Shown one piece after another: positions 50,050-63,440 of a stretch of 64,000 nucleotides of DNA. The first letter of the stretch is position 1, and every line of letters begins with the position of its first letter. Made by a program: the position numbers and the translations under genes. This stretch comes from Phoronis australis (lineage: Eukaryota > Animalia > Phoronida), in contig NMRA01000152.1 of NCBI GenBank assembly GCA_002633005.1, positions 1 to 64,000 on the forward strand. The letters are read 5' to 3'. The notes beneath the pieces were generated by a model. It saw only the letters and a program-made list of their open reading frames with translations. It ran no database searches and had not been told where the DNA came from.

Positions 50050-51305
50050 TATGCTTCTAGACGTGTTGATTAATGTCTTAAACCATGGAAAGGTCTCATT
50101 TTATCTCTAATAGAGACCTACTTGCCAAATTTCATGGAAATCCGTCCAGGAACTCCAAAGAAAGAATTGCCACCATGAGGCACGTCAGAAATCCGATCAG
50201 CCCAAAACAAGTTGCCATCTGTTACCAAGTTTATAAAATGCATTATTTCACAAGATCCTACAAGAGGTTTGGGAAAAACAGATGTGGATGAAAAGAAAAA
50301 TTGCTATTAGGGGCGTTACAACAGCCGGGCACATTTGAAAATCAGCGTCAGTTGTTTTGTTGTTAGAAAAGATCTGCCAATTTCTTTAAAGAAGTCGATG
50401 CTAACAATGAATCCGAATCAGAGACTCGGAAACGATAAAATGGCCGCTGGGTGGTGCAGCAAACGTCTAATCCGTCCGAATCCAAACAGGTGTTGTCTCC
50501 TTAGTAGAAACTGCCAAATTTCATGAAATTCCTTCAAAGAATTCTGAATACACAACAAAAACTAAAATGGCCGCTAGGTGGCAGAGCGGTGGTCAGATCG
50601 CCCAAAAGTCCCCGTCATTATTTATGGCATAAAATTGCCAATTTTCATACAAAGATCCTCCAGGGGTTAAGGAGGTACAGCGGAGGATACAAAAATGCCC
50701 CTTGGGGACACCAGAGTAGTCGCATCGGTCTGAAAATCTATGTCAGCCGTGGTCTTACCGGTAGGGACACATCTACCAATGTTAATTATAATGATCCTCA
50801 GCCTTGCAGCGGTTTTGAGCCCTGAAGTTACAGAGGTGAATGTAAAAACTAGAAATGGCCACTAGGGGGCACAGCAGTAGCCTGATCCGTCCAAAAGCCG
50901 TCACCCTTCGTTTTCACATTCACCAAATTTCTTTAAAATCTTGCTAGAGGTGAAAACGATACAGTTGTGGACGCAAACAAATAACAAATTGCCACTAGGG
51001 GGTCAACACAGCAGTTGGGCTTGCCTGAAAATATACGTCAGCAGTAGTGTTCTTGACAGGAAAGGAAACCTATTTGGTAAATTTCATGAAAATCCATTAG
51101 AACTCCGGAAATACAAAGGCAAACGTAAAAAAACTAACTCTACCACTAGAGGCACAACGGCAGTCGCACTGATCCGAAACTCCTTATGTATCGCCAGTGA
51201 GTTTCATATAACACATCTGCCAAATCTCAGTCTTGAGATCCTACAAGGCGTTTACGAGATACAATAGAGAACGCCGGACGCCCGGGGCAGAGACGACAGC
51301 AATAT
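50050..51305 (+). mobile_element. Subrepeat element (Helentron/HINE-like) with tandem CTCF-like motifs
   Basis: ~130-160 bp units: ccaaatttcatg..atcc..aaaatggccactagggggc. Confidence 0.6.
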
Positions 51306-52150
51306 GCAGAAGAAGAAGTTTAATTTGTACACGGCATATATAAACGATATACGCTGATATGAGGTGGTGAAACAAAGGCAGGCGCCGCTACAAGTTGACC
51401 ACCTAAACACAATACAATACAAGGAAAAAAATCTAATTTTATCTAATCTAAGTTAATCTCAGCATGTCTAATCTAAACTAACGTATCCAATCAAATCAAA
51501 CAAATGCAAACTTAAAGGTGACAATTAACGTATGAGAACAAACCACACAATCAGGTGAAGTACAAACAGCATGGTCGTCGTCTGGCGGTTTCTTGGAATT
51601 TTTGAAATCACAAATCGTGAAGAAGGTTCATTCAAGGCTTAAGACAAACACGAATTTTACACGATGGAGGCTTTTTGGTTTCCTCGTTATAAAAGAACTA
51701 CATTAAAATCTTTAAAGAGAATTCATACCAAAATCAGAAACTATCTCACAGCAGCTCACGAAGACAAGTTTGGAAAATCCCCGTATGTCCGGAGGTCCGT
51801 AATAATGCATGCAGATCAGCAACTCTCCAAGTTGTCTTATGATGTTCACTCACGACTATATCTCCTGCAAAACAATAAACTGTGGTATTTTTAACATAGG
51901 GGCCATTTTGCGTAATTTTTTTAAGCGGTATTGGTACTGGCTTTTTTCAGTAAGTTAAAACCTATGAACATCTGACACAGAGCTGTATGTAAGATTCATG
52001 TTGTTATTGACATAAAACGCTCTTTATTTGTCGCCCGTTGTTTTCTCTGGTAGTGCTGTTATTTTTTGAGAATGCTTCTTAACTCATACAGTCACTTCGA
52101 GTGACTACGAAACAAGCAATAACCAAGGCACACAGGTGGCAGCACTGCTT

Positions 52151-52266
52151 CTAGTAACGTCCTTCTTCGAAGTTTTCGTCCCCGACAAATGCCGTTCCCA
52201 AGGCCACGATGATAGAGTCACCCACGTTTTCCGTCTCATGGTACCACTTGCCGGCGTGAAACACCA
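52151..52266 (-). CDS. JmjC/cupin gene exon 4 (LVFHAGKWYHETENVG...GRY*)
   Basis: tttcag acceptor, TAG stop, distal His. Confidence 0.9.
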
Positions 52267-55200
52267 CTGAAACAATTGACGATCATACATTCCACTTTAC
52301 AGAACACTGAAACAATTGACGACCACACACTACAGATTAACTATTTCTGAATATAATGTTTTCGATTTGCGAACAGCAATTGCATCTTCACTTCTTGTGT
52401 TATTTCTTATCATGAAATAAAAAAAAATTGTCTAATAATAACTATTCCTTAAAAATAATAATTAAAACCGACTTTAGCAAAAGCTTAACGTATCTGAGAA
52501 TGTATACGTAGATAATCTGTATCAAATATTTCTTGGCTATGATATTCTATTAGGAATATGGCTAAACCCTTGTGCGACAATTGTTACGTGGGAACATAAG
52601 ACCAAATTTCTGATTTAAACAAGTAATCTTAAGTCGCTTTTCATGAAGCAGAAACCTGCTTCCCGTTCAGTAACGCTAGGACCTCACTAAAAAGCAAGAC
52701 TGCGAGATTACGTTAGATATTGAATAAGAACACGTGACTTTGGCTAGATTTTAGTTAGGTCCTAGCGTTACTGAACGCACGTCTGGTTTAAAAATAAGCC
52801 GGGGTACATTTACATACTGCAACCTACGTACAAATGTTGGGAAGTAAAAGTTACAGAAGTAGGGGAGCGGTGCACTGAAGCTGCCTGGGACAGAATGATG
52901 AAAATTTCAAATCGGGTAGCTTTGCAAGGTATTCGTGAGTGCAGCTACCAAGTCAGACCGCGACTTACATGTGTCCCCAGGGTTCATGATGACTTCTACT
53001 TCATCGTACGGACATTCGAAATAGCATTCAGGTGGTGCCTGAAACCTGTACAACTTTCGTCCGTGCACTTGGGTTTGCCATTGTGGCTGGAAACGAGGGT
53101 CGATCTGGAAATAATTAATATTCTGCAGTTACGTCACTTCCGTCCAGGTGACGGACGCATAAAGTATTCATAAAAGCTTTTACAACGTTGCTTACTTTCG
53201 ACAATGTTACAGTACTGCCTCAATAACAGCTCTTTTGGCTTTATTTAGACCTAGATCCAGCCAAACTGTTTGTTTCTTTGAAGAGAATATACAAAACGTA
53301 CCGGGAGTGTCGAACATGAAGTAATATCGCACGAGACATTATATTCCGCGTCTCTACCACGACCGAACTTAGGTCGACTACGCGGAATAATGTCGAGTGG
53401 GATATTACTTCATGTACGCCAACCGAGGTACGATTTATCCCATACGCTTTGAATTCCTAGGTTTCTTTCATTTTTCGGTAGAGTTTTTTAAATACTTCAC
53501 TCAGACTGTTCACGTGGAGGATCACTTCCTATATGTGTGCACTTACGTTAGGTTGCAAGTTTTCTCTAGTAAAAGAAACAGTTTTAAATGTAACGATTTA
53601 TTACTTGAAAAGAGATAGCAAAGATGAAAATAATGGTAACTGTGCATTGAAATTGTAACATCTCCTGAAAATAGTTAAATAACAACAATATTTGATATTG
53701 TAGTTACCGATGAATCGGCGCCTGAGTTGCAGAGGACATAATATTTAGCAATCATTGAAAACTGAGACAGAAGTGTCATATAATTAACAGTTTTGTACCA
53801 GATGTCACGTTTAGGGCCTGATTGCATGTCGAGTGTTATTTATACTGCTGAAACTGTATTACTTTAAACTATATTCGGAAAGTTTGATGATCGAACCGGC
53901 TGAAAACGCCAAGTCGACATTGACCTACCTTTTGAGCTTTCCAGGTCAGAGGTCAGTGTTGAAGTAGTGCGGGAGGTGAATACAGAAAACATTATTACAT
54001 GGCCGTATTGCACTCGACAGATTCAACGCGTATGGGATAAATCATTGTAATAATTCATTGACACTTAGATCTGTGCCCGGGATCTAACCGTCGTACTCCA
54101 AATCGGACTCGACATTATTTTTGACATTTTCCGCTCTACAATTTGATACAGGCGCAACTGAGATCTGTGTTTACATGTCTGTGCTAGATCATATTATGAT
54201 TAACTTGATGTCGAAACATTAAAATTCTAAAACGTTAACATACCCCCAGAAATCGTTGTAGCTCAAATCTGGGGGTCAACACATAGAAACTTGAGCACGG
54301 AATACGGTAAGCTTATTTTGAGTAGGAAGGAAACTGTCCTGAATAATTTCACATTCGATTTCGAATACAAAGGGACCCTTTTGCCCTAGCCCACACAAAA
54401 CGGATTGTCTGTCCATTCTTAAAAACTTCTTTTTTCTACCGGTAACCATTCCGTAGTGTTTTTTTTTTTAATTTGGCCATCCACCATTAAACTCTGACCA
54501 TGCATAACTTTTGTTGCGCTCATTGGATTCCATGACAGCGTTTTCGAAGAGTTAGCCTAGAGTTTCCTTCAGTAGGAAGATCATGCAGTGAAATATCGCC
54601 ATGCATTACAAGCGAAGCACACGATCACACGTCTCCTCCACGTTTAAGTTGCCGTCATTTCTGCAACCTAGTCATTCAGTCAGCTATTTAGAAGTGCTTG
54701 GAAAAAGTGTAGACTCCTTTCACAAGCGTGAGGCTGGGGATGTGACATAATAGATCTACCCTGTCTTATAGTCTGATGCCATGAGCTGACAAAGCAAGGT
54801 CAATGCATCCGGCCAAACATTTCTTACCATTTCATGGGCACCACAGTCCAACTTACGTGCATCTCAAAACCATGACCAGGGCTCCCCATGTAGATCCAGA
54901 AAGTCCGTGAGAAGTCTGTATCTTGTGGCAGGAATGTTGGTTTGAAGTACTTGTTCAACTCTTCTGTAACGTATCGATCACAGTTGGCCCTAGTGAGAAA
55001 TTAGAGAGTTAAAGAAAAGTTATCTATTTTTCTGTCTCCCCAAAGATACACTGTCGTTTAGAGTATGAGCGCGTATTTAGTCCCACGCGCCTGTATCCAA
55101 AATGATGCGTCTTCTCAAAGAAAGCGTTTCACATGTTGCCGTTTGCGGCTAAGTTTCTCTTACAAGCGTAGGTAGATGTCCCTTCTAAAGACGCATACCG

Positions 55201-58200
55201 TGCTGCGTAAATAGGTACATGCATTATCCGTGACAAAAAACGGCCGCTTAATCTTGCCCACGCGACTTGGTTTGACAGTTTTTTTAATTTTCTAGATCTA
55301 TACTCAGATAAGGTCGCGTCATGTTTGGCTCACTTTTTGTAGCAATTACGGGTAACAATTCAGGTCAATGACATAACTGTTGAAAAGTTGGTTTTAATGG
55401 TTTCAAATTGCAATGAACAAAAATAGTAGGCCTACAATGCTGAATAGTGCAAAGTGTTTGGAAGGAAATTTTACCCGGTAAAAGCAGTGAAAATGCCAAC
55501 GGTTCTCATCTAGAAGACAAATAATAAGTTCTAAAACTTAGTTGCAGATTAAATACATGAGCGTGCAGTACGCACAGGCGTATTATGCGAGTCTTTATCG
55601 TTCGCAAAATTCTTCATTGCATTTATCGAGCCAAATAACTGATAATATTAAAAATGGTGTTTACCTGCAAAACCTCAAACATGATTGTACTGGAGTGGTT
55701 TTCTTTAATAGGCGCATGTGCTTATTCACGGATACAGGCTTCAATTGTAGGCACTTGAGTCAAAATTTTTGCATCCCTTCACACCCCGGACTCACTCTTC
55801 TGAGATGGTTAGTTGAACAGATATATTAAAATTTCCGCTATTAATATGGTGCGTGTTCATTTTTATACAAAACATCGTTTTAGAATCAATAGATCTTTCG
55901 TCAGGTTGTAAATAACTTTTTATCGAGTCACTCGTATATTCAATTCCTTTTAATGAACTCAATGCCAATTGGACGACAATTCAATATTATTACCCGTACA
56001 ACAAGTCAATCCACACTCGTCAATTCCATACCGTGAACTCAATGCTGTTTTGTATATTTCTAGATAATCCTGTTTTGTGAAGTCAGTGGTGTTGATTAGA
56101 TTCTCATTGTTTCGTCTATCCTATCGTGTTGTGAATAAATCCCGTTTCATGAATTCAATCCAGTTTCATAGATTTTGTTTCGGCAATCCTGGCGGCCTGA
56201 CGACGCAACTAATATATCGCACGGGCGATAGGTGGAGATGTCGACGGCAAGATTATTCTCTCTTGAAATTAACATTTTAAGAACATTAGGGATGCAAGTG
56301 ATCTTAGTGACCATGTTCACAGTGATACTGTTTGCCTGAACGCTTGGCCTGACGTAACATGCAGACAACCGGGAAAATCAAACGCATACGCACATGCGAC
56401 ACAAGGGTTTCGTCCATAGTCCGCTAGGATTGACGAAACAGAATCGACGGAACTGGATTCAATTCAAGAAACGGGATTGAAATTCATAACACGACAGGAT
56501 AGACGAAACAATCGATTAAACACCATTGAATTCACAAAACAGGTCACACAAAACAGTATTGACTTCACGATATGGAATCGTCGAGTGTGGATTGAATTGA
56601 TGTAGTAGCATTGAATGCGCAAGATAGGATTGAATTGTTGTACAACTGACACTGAGTTCATCAAAGGATATTTTTTGCATAAATGGCAGCCCATATCAGA
56701 GCTTTGTGCGGCCAAGCAATAGACAAATGAAGATCATACTAAGATACTTATAGATGTCATACGTGATTTGGAGCTAGTTTGCAGTAGAGGTAGAAAATGT
56801 CATGTTTTGATGGCAGAACAACTGAGATTATTTGCAAACCCCAATTAAACTTAACCGCTATTTATAGGTCTTGCCTTGAATGTACAAGCACACGGAAGAC
56901 GAGAAACACACTCGTGAGAATTTTGTATACATAGTTAGGATAAAAAGCACCACAGGTAAACGGTATTGATATTTGTTCCATGTTCCTTTGGTCAATTTAT
57001 TCAACGAAATGAAGTTACATGTTGCTGTATGACAGATTTACATAATTTATGCAAATCATGGTTACCATTATTTGTTCGTCACTGCCTTACGGGACACATC
57101 ATGTTAAATATTTAATATCTGCACCCATGTTTTCGTGATCACTGGATTTATTGAAATCGGTTTGCAGGTCCTTACACCACCAATTAGCATACGTTATTAA
57201 AATATACATATACGGGCCGACATTATTAAGTTCGAAGTTCGAATGTTTCCTCTTACAGATACAGTTGCTGCACATACAAATTACTTACTTGAATCAATTG
57301 CAATTAATTACAAGGTATTCTTGTAATTTGTGCTTGTTTTTTTCATTGTGGACAGTGCTCAGCTAATTACTTGGTATCAGGTAAAAAGGGGTGGAAACAC
57401 TTTCCGTGTAAGCGTCTCTTTTCCAGTTACCATATCCTAAACTCCAGTATCGGACAAGCAGTAATCAAATTGCGGTGCTAATCCCAGTCGCAGGATCTCT
57501 AAACTCGACACAGGCACCTAAAATTCTCCATACATGACACGGAGATCAAATTCCGTGGACCAGATTCCAAAGTCATGCCTTCGAATTGTAGCTGTGAATT
57601 AGAGGTACGGCTATGGAATATAGTCCTTGATGATGCACTTTGGTCATCAGGTAAGGAGCCGAACCTTTTCGGTTCGCGTGTGGAGTTCAGGGAAGTAAAT
57701 CTGGGGATTTGTACTGACCACGTGCGCGTTTGGTGTCTTCTGGTCCGTAAGAGGAGCTTTATGGAATTGCGATTGCATTTTAGAGGTGCTGTCGTGGAAT
57801 TGTTTCCACCCCGTGGAATGTAAGCGAAGCCATTATATGACATATAGTTCACTTGCAATAGTCAAGTGGAGGTACCAGTGGCGGATCCAGGATTTTGAGT
57901 TGGGGGGGCATACCCTCTGACACATCGCGACCTATACTGAAAAGTGGCCCTGTGGAAACATAATGAACGACACACGTGTGTGGGATTCGATGCGCATGCT
58001 TGGTCGGAAGTTTATCGATCATATCGCCAACACGTACTTGCGAACGCCTTCTATGCATTGTACTTCTTTGGGCTTAAGCCATGGGATCGGGGTTCCCTTG
58101 ATTATGTTCATTTCGATCACTGCCCGTTTTAATAAATTGCAACTATTCTAGTCAATGGTGGTCGCCAAACTAGGTAACCTAGCAAACTGAAGTGGTTTAC

Positions 58201-59845
58201 CAGATTTCAACTAATGGGAATGACTGAATGTTATGAAGTCGATTTCACATGATAAACAACATTCCACAGTGCTACCTTTCGTAGGGGGGCCAGAGAAGAG
58301 TATTAGCCAGGATTTTGCCAGTCAAACATTCACATCCCCGAACTGCCAAATGGAGTATGGGAGAGTTTTAGGGGCGACAAAGGCACCTTGGCCCCCCTCT
58401 AAATCCGTTACTGGGTACAAGCAATGACTTGTGGATGCATGGTTTGATCGCTTGTGAATTGTATGAATTTTATTATATGCAAGGAAAGTGGATCCCCTCG
58501 GGTATTTAAGATGAAGTTTTTCGATATGTTCCGTGGGTGGCACTGGTGAATTCTGCATTTCCGCGTTGAACATCACGCCAGTGATCATAGTCTTCAACAC
58601 CTCTCGTGATGATCTCATTTTATTGTCCATCTCACCAGATATTATTATGTTTTACATTTTGTGTTTTATTCTCCTCCCTGCTTTCTGTACTTTTGTTTTG
58701 TAAAAATAAATGAGCTTATTTCGCCAACCGTGCCTGACAAGTCATTCCACAGAAAAAATCGAAATACCATTTTGATCAGTGTTTGCATGTGCGAACCTAG
58801 GAGGGATCTGGGGCTCGAATGAACCCTCTCCAATTTGGCGAAGTGGGCAAAAAGGTACACCTCAGTGGAACAAAACCTCCGAAAAAAGTAGAAAACAAAA
58901 CAAAAGCCCACTACAAAAGCAGGAATTACCAAAATTCGGCGAATGCACAATTCATAGCTATGAACGTACCCCGCTTTGAATCTTAGTAAAAGATCCACTT
59001 TCACAAAAATTCGAGGCCCCCATTTTTTTATTAGGCTGGGTTTGTACAAAACTGAACACTTTATCAAGAAGAATTGTAAACCTGTGCATGTGCACTCACT
59101 CAAAGGTTATGTCACAATGTTGTATTTACCTCAAATTGTAAGTGCCCGCCAGATCAGGTACTTACCATCCGACATACCAACTGCTCGGATCTTCTCCCCC
59201 GGGGGAGTTCACCTCCTCGGCTTTCATGTCCAAAAGCTCCTGCACAGTGGTAGCTTTAGTCAAGTACCTTTCAAACTCACACAATGGATGATCGTTCTTT
59301 GCGGAAGCACTTGAATTTCCATATAACTTCCTAAAGTATTCAAAATCGAAAACAATCCCAGTGGCGGAAATGTTGAAAGCTCCCTCGATCAACACAGGTC
59401 GTGAATGCTTGACATATTTTTCCAGGACTTCTTCTGGGCGTATGGTTGCCGGGACCCGGTCGATGCTCGTGAAGTTCCTGCACATATCGCAGGCCACAGA
59501 GGGTCGCACGGAGCTCAGCATATACGTATTGATCCTCACGAAACAGTCGCTAATACTCATGTTCTGAGCAGTGATGCTGCTGCCGTATTGGAACATAATT
59601 TTTCTAGAAACAGGCCAATGGAAATAGAAGCACGAGTAGCAGAAACATCCGAATGTCGCTATCGCCAGCGCTACTACTGCAAATATCTTCCTCCATGGTA
59701 ACAGCGGCGGCGTTGCCTTCAATGTCTTGATCGAGCTGAGATTTTTTACATCCTCAGAGAGTATCTCGAAATGCCGAACTTTTCTTTTAATTAGATAAAA
59801 CCGCCTTTCAAGGGCATCTTGTTCTGTACGCTTTCTTTGCTCCAT
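52151..59845 (-). CDS. Membrane-anchored JmjC/cupin-like Fe(II)/2-oxoglutarate dioxygenase (uncharacterised invertebrate family), 4 exons, ~354 aa
   Basis: Exons 59166-59845, 54857-54989, 52969-53104, 52151-52266; all GT-AG, 1065 nt, open frame. N-terminal TM (IFAVVALAIATFGCFCYSCFYF), RPVLIEG, WYVGWANC, PTFLP, WIYMGSPGHGFEMHID, WQTQVHGRK, APPECYFEC, PGDTLVF..KWYHET. AATAAA (minus) at 52023-52028. Confidence 0.9.
52969..53104 (-). CDS. JmjC/cupin gene exon 3 (IDPRFQPQWQTQVHGRK...PGDT)
   Basis: ttccag / GTAAGT, 136 nt. Confidence 0.9.
53298..54041. mobile_element. Element with asymmetric inverted repeats (5' hairpin + sub-TIR)
   Basis: Hairpin 53298-53432 (catgaagtaatatc..attatattccgcg / cgcggaataatg..gatattacttcatg) and ATTTATCCCATACGC / GCGTATGGGATAAAT. 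Confidence 0.65.
54857..54989 (-). CDS. JmjC/cupin gene exon 2 (WANC...WIYMGSPGHGFEMH)
   Basis: cactag / GTAAGT, 133 nt. Confidence 0.9.
55946..56667. mobile_element. Long-arm palindromic MITE
   Basis: ~260-bp imperfect inverted arms (55946-56205 vs 56410-56667). Confidence 0.78.
57876..58413. mobile_element. hAT-like MITE (TSD GGTAC) containing a nested family A repeat
   Basis: CAGTGGCGGAT / ATCCGTTACTG; insert 57909-58279. Confidence 0.85.
59166..59845 (-). CDS. JmjC/cupin gene exon 1
   Basis: ATG 59845, TG|GTAAG donor, 680 nt. Confidence 0.9.
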
Positions 59846-61944
59846 GCTCGAGTCTCGTCTGGGTCACAGGTCTATGACGACAATAATATACACTGCATTG
59901 ACGGATCAGTGAAGCTGTCGCAGTTAAACGGCTAGGACTGTCACTGTATATTGTTTCGCTTTACAAAGAAGCCATTGAAAACGGTTGCACTGTGTGTTTT
60001 ATGTGTATTCAATTGCACAACTGAGGTTTACTATCATCCGCTCTCACGGCTCATCCGTTCTCATTACAGCTGGAGTTGTTTTCATCAAACACAATTCGGA
60101 TATCACTCACTCAGTTCGTTTCTTATTATAGCTCATTGACCGCTCGTGAAAGGTATTCTATGCCCTCGAACTACTTCGCTCAGTCTAATATCTACTCTCA
60201 AATAAGTCAGTGTGAATGTAGCATCTCGGTACTCAGGCTTGTAAACACCTTTATTATTCGTTTTCAGTAGAAAATGCCTACGAAAATGAAAACAAAAAAT
60301 ACAAATATTAACCCATTGACAATTGTTGTTAAGGTTATGTGGGTTCCTAGAAATTTGACCAATAATTTGGATAATTTCGGAACACCATGCCTAAAATGGC
60401 TGATCTGATGCATATGGAAATTTCAGATACTAAGGTTTATGCGTTATTAGAGTTATTTTTTAAAAATTTCCACTTTTGCATGAAAGGCAATTAAAAGTAG
60501 GACTTAATAACTTTCATGAACAAAATCAAATTTGCATAAAACGAAAACGAAATGTTAATTTAGCAAACTGTGAAAGCGGTTTTGAGATTTCATCTTGACA
60601 TAGAAACTTCGTCATGTTATTGATATCGTTGTTTTGCAATCAATTAGTTATCTTTCTTTTCGCTACATTTTGCCAAAATGATATGCTCACGTAACCTAAT
60701 TGAATTGAAGATTGGTAAAAAGTGATACAATGATGAATTTATGCATTTTCATACACTTAAGTTGACCCAGTTATAAGTGATCGAAGTTGATCAAACTATT
60801 TTCAACATTTGCAGAGATATACAATACATGTGGAGTTACATTGTGATGTTGAATGTTGTTTTTTGAATTGGTGTATGTTTTTCAAGGTAAAAACACTGTA
60901 TTCGTTTGTTAATACGACATTTGTCATCGCGGCCATTCTTGTTGTTTTTACCGCTAATTTGTATCTCTCGTCTCTTGCATGTTGAACTTACATTGGGGAA
61001 ATTTGGGCAAGTGTATTCGAATACTTAGTAGTAGCATTTGGCGCAATTTTGTTGTTTTGGATTCAGTCAAATAAAATTGAACGCCGAAATCAAAAAATAA
61101 TTCAACTAGATTTACTTATCCCTGTACATCACTAAGCGTGTTTGAAAATTAGTATGGGCTATGAAACGGACGAATCGTTCGAATTCTCAACTCCGAGGAA
61201 ATTTACAACGGGTGCACAGTTTGTTTGGTCAACGCACTCAAACAATGATTAATCCAAACTGGATAGTTTCGTAAAAATTTCGAGTGATGTGCACCCATGG
61301 ATGCCTGAATGGAAAGAATCCAATGCTGGCGAAACTTTTGAAAATGTGATGCGAGAATTCATTTCTATTTCCATTTGCCTGTCCAAATCGCGTCTTTATG
61401 GTAAGAGACTCTATGTCCACCTCCTCGCAAATTGACATAGCACAGACCAAACTCCCAGTATATGCATTCCAGCACACCGGTGAAGTAAGCCGGCAGGTTA
61501 GACACAGTTTGCCAAAAACTCGTTCATAGCATATAAAACATTTGAATACTATTTTTATTTGAAATAATTTTTAATTTGAAAAATGGTATATTTTGCGTTA
61601 CATTTTTGTTGTTATATTTCACACAACTACGCTACTGAAATTCTGATATAACAAGTTGATGCATATTGTTCAGTTGAAAAAGTGGCCTCTAACGTGCACG
61701 TTACGCCACGTGCAATTGATCAGCCACTCGCGGTTTTACTATAATAAAGAGACTGTTGTATCGTATCAAGCGGCTGCATGTCAAGAGTGCCTGTGCGTAA
61801 GCAGACTCACTATTGCCACGATAGCCACCAGGTCAAGGACGCTAGACATTTTGTCTGACAACTCGTGAACGGCAAACTTGAACTTAAAAAAGGAACTTCT
61901 CGTTTATTCACATCATAATACTCTGATCTATGTTCACATGGACT

Positions 61945-62612
61945 AATGTGCTTTAATAAATGACCTCAACTTTAAGTCAAATATAAAAAAACTACGCTTT
62001 GTCAACCATTAATGGAATGAAAGGAGGAAGATCGAGGACTCTAAAACATGCTTCTTACTAAGTGTCTTTATTATTGTCACGTGACCACGTTTTTAAGTCA
62101 AATTTTCATTTGCAAGAAAGGTACATTCATGGAAAATGACCCTTCAACTGACTTTACTAAAACCTTTTTTAACTCACTGAAAACTTTAGGTTACGTCTCA
62201 AAAACGGGAATTTGCTTTAAAATGCCTAAGTTTTCATGTACCGAACGATGTACAAATAAGACCGCTGTTTTTTTTACAAAAAATCCTTCTGTTTTGCGAG
62301 TTAATTTATTGGCATACAACCCGAACTAAGTGAATAATCGAAAATTCCTAACAACGTATTTGAGACATAACGTATTTAGTTTCCAATTAAAAAAGGTTTT
62401 AGTAAAATTGGCTGGAGTTATTTTGCTATGAATGTACCTTTTGACTTAAAAAAACGTGGTCGCAGGACAATAATAATAGCCACAGTGGTAAGTAGCATAT
62501 TTTGGAATCCTCGATCTTTCTCCTTTGAGAAAACATATACCTTTAATGGTTGACAAAGCATAGTTTTTCCAATATTTGACTATCGAGTTGAGGTCATTTA
62601 TTAAGGTCACAT
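61945..62612. mobile_element. MITE with ~140-bp imperfect inverted arms
   Basis: ttaataaatgacctcaact..tttgtcaaccattaa..aagatcgagga vs tcctcgatctt..ttaatggttgacaaa..agttgaggtcatttattaa. Confidence 0.72.
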
Positions 62613-63009
62613 TCCCAACTATCTGCATGAATGTCGCGGTCACGGAACGCCCCCTTTTGCTGCTGAGACTCACATGATTGTCTTTCAGAGTATGTTAAAG
62701 TAAAAGCCATTGGCCAAATAGGCGTGTTGAATAAGAATCAGTGTTAACCAATCATCAGTCTGCCGGAAAATTTTGTTCGGAAGTTAAAAACTCAGTTTGC
62801 TCTCGTCCCAAAGTTTAGAAAACTAGCCCCGGCTTCCCATCAGATTTGGAGTGTACATAATTATTTTTGTTAGGTGGTAAATCTTCCACTGAAACTGCAG
62901 TTGTTCATAGGCTTATGCTTAATCTGCTCAACAGTAATACTTATAGTTTATCGTGGCTTGCTAAAATAAGTCTATTTTTGAATAACTGTGGCCTCTCTTA
63001 TCTGTGGAT

Positions 63010-63440
63010 GTGGTTGGGCCTTACCTGATGTCAAAACAATGTTATGAGACAGCTGGATGTGCGTTTTTTGTGGCTTTCTTCTATGAAACATCGTTTCGTT
63101 TCCATTTGAACAATACTTACCGAGGCTTGTTTAAATGAAGGATTAATATTTTGTAAATTTCATTGTGATATTAAAATTCTACCATGCTGCAAAGATTGTT
63201 TCCGCTGTCACTCGTCCAAACTGAACCCACCTTGTGTTCTACTAATTAAGTGGTGATGTCGGCGATGAGTATGAGTACCATTACCTGTTGATCTGTCCTA
63301 GTTTCCAGTATGAGTGATATCGGTTTTTCAATTCAAAAAAAATTACACTCACCCTGATATGTTTAAGTTCAGTAATCTCTAATGAACATTTCCTCAAATC
63401 TTTGATTATGTCCCGGTTTCCATAACAAGTGTTTTTTTTT
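63010..63440 (+). mobile_element. Highly decayed LINE 3' end
   Basis: VGDEYEYHYLLICP-like C-terminal motif similar to IEDEYHFICVC of the 4300-7310 LINE. Confidence 0.55.

Noticed and set aside
51305-51890. Possible minus-strand LINE 3' end with a (CTT)n tail
   Set aside because: Too degenerate to assign with confidence.
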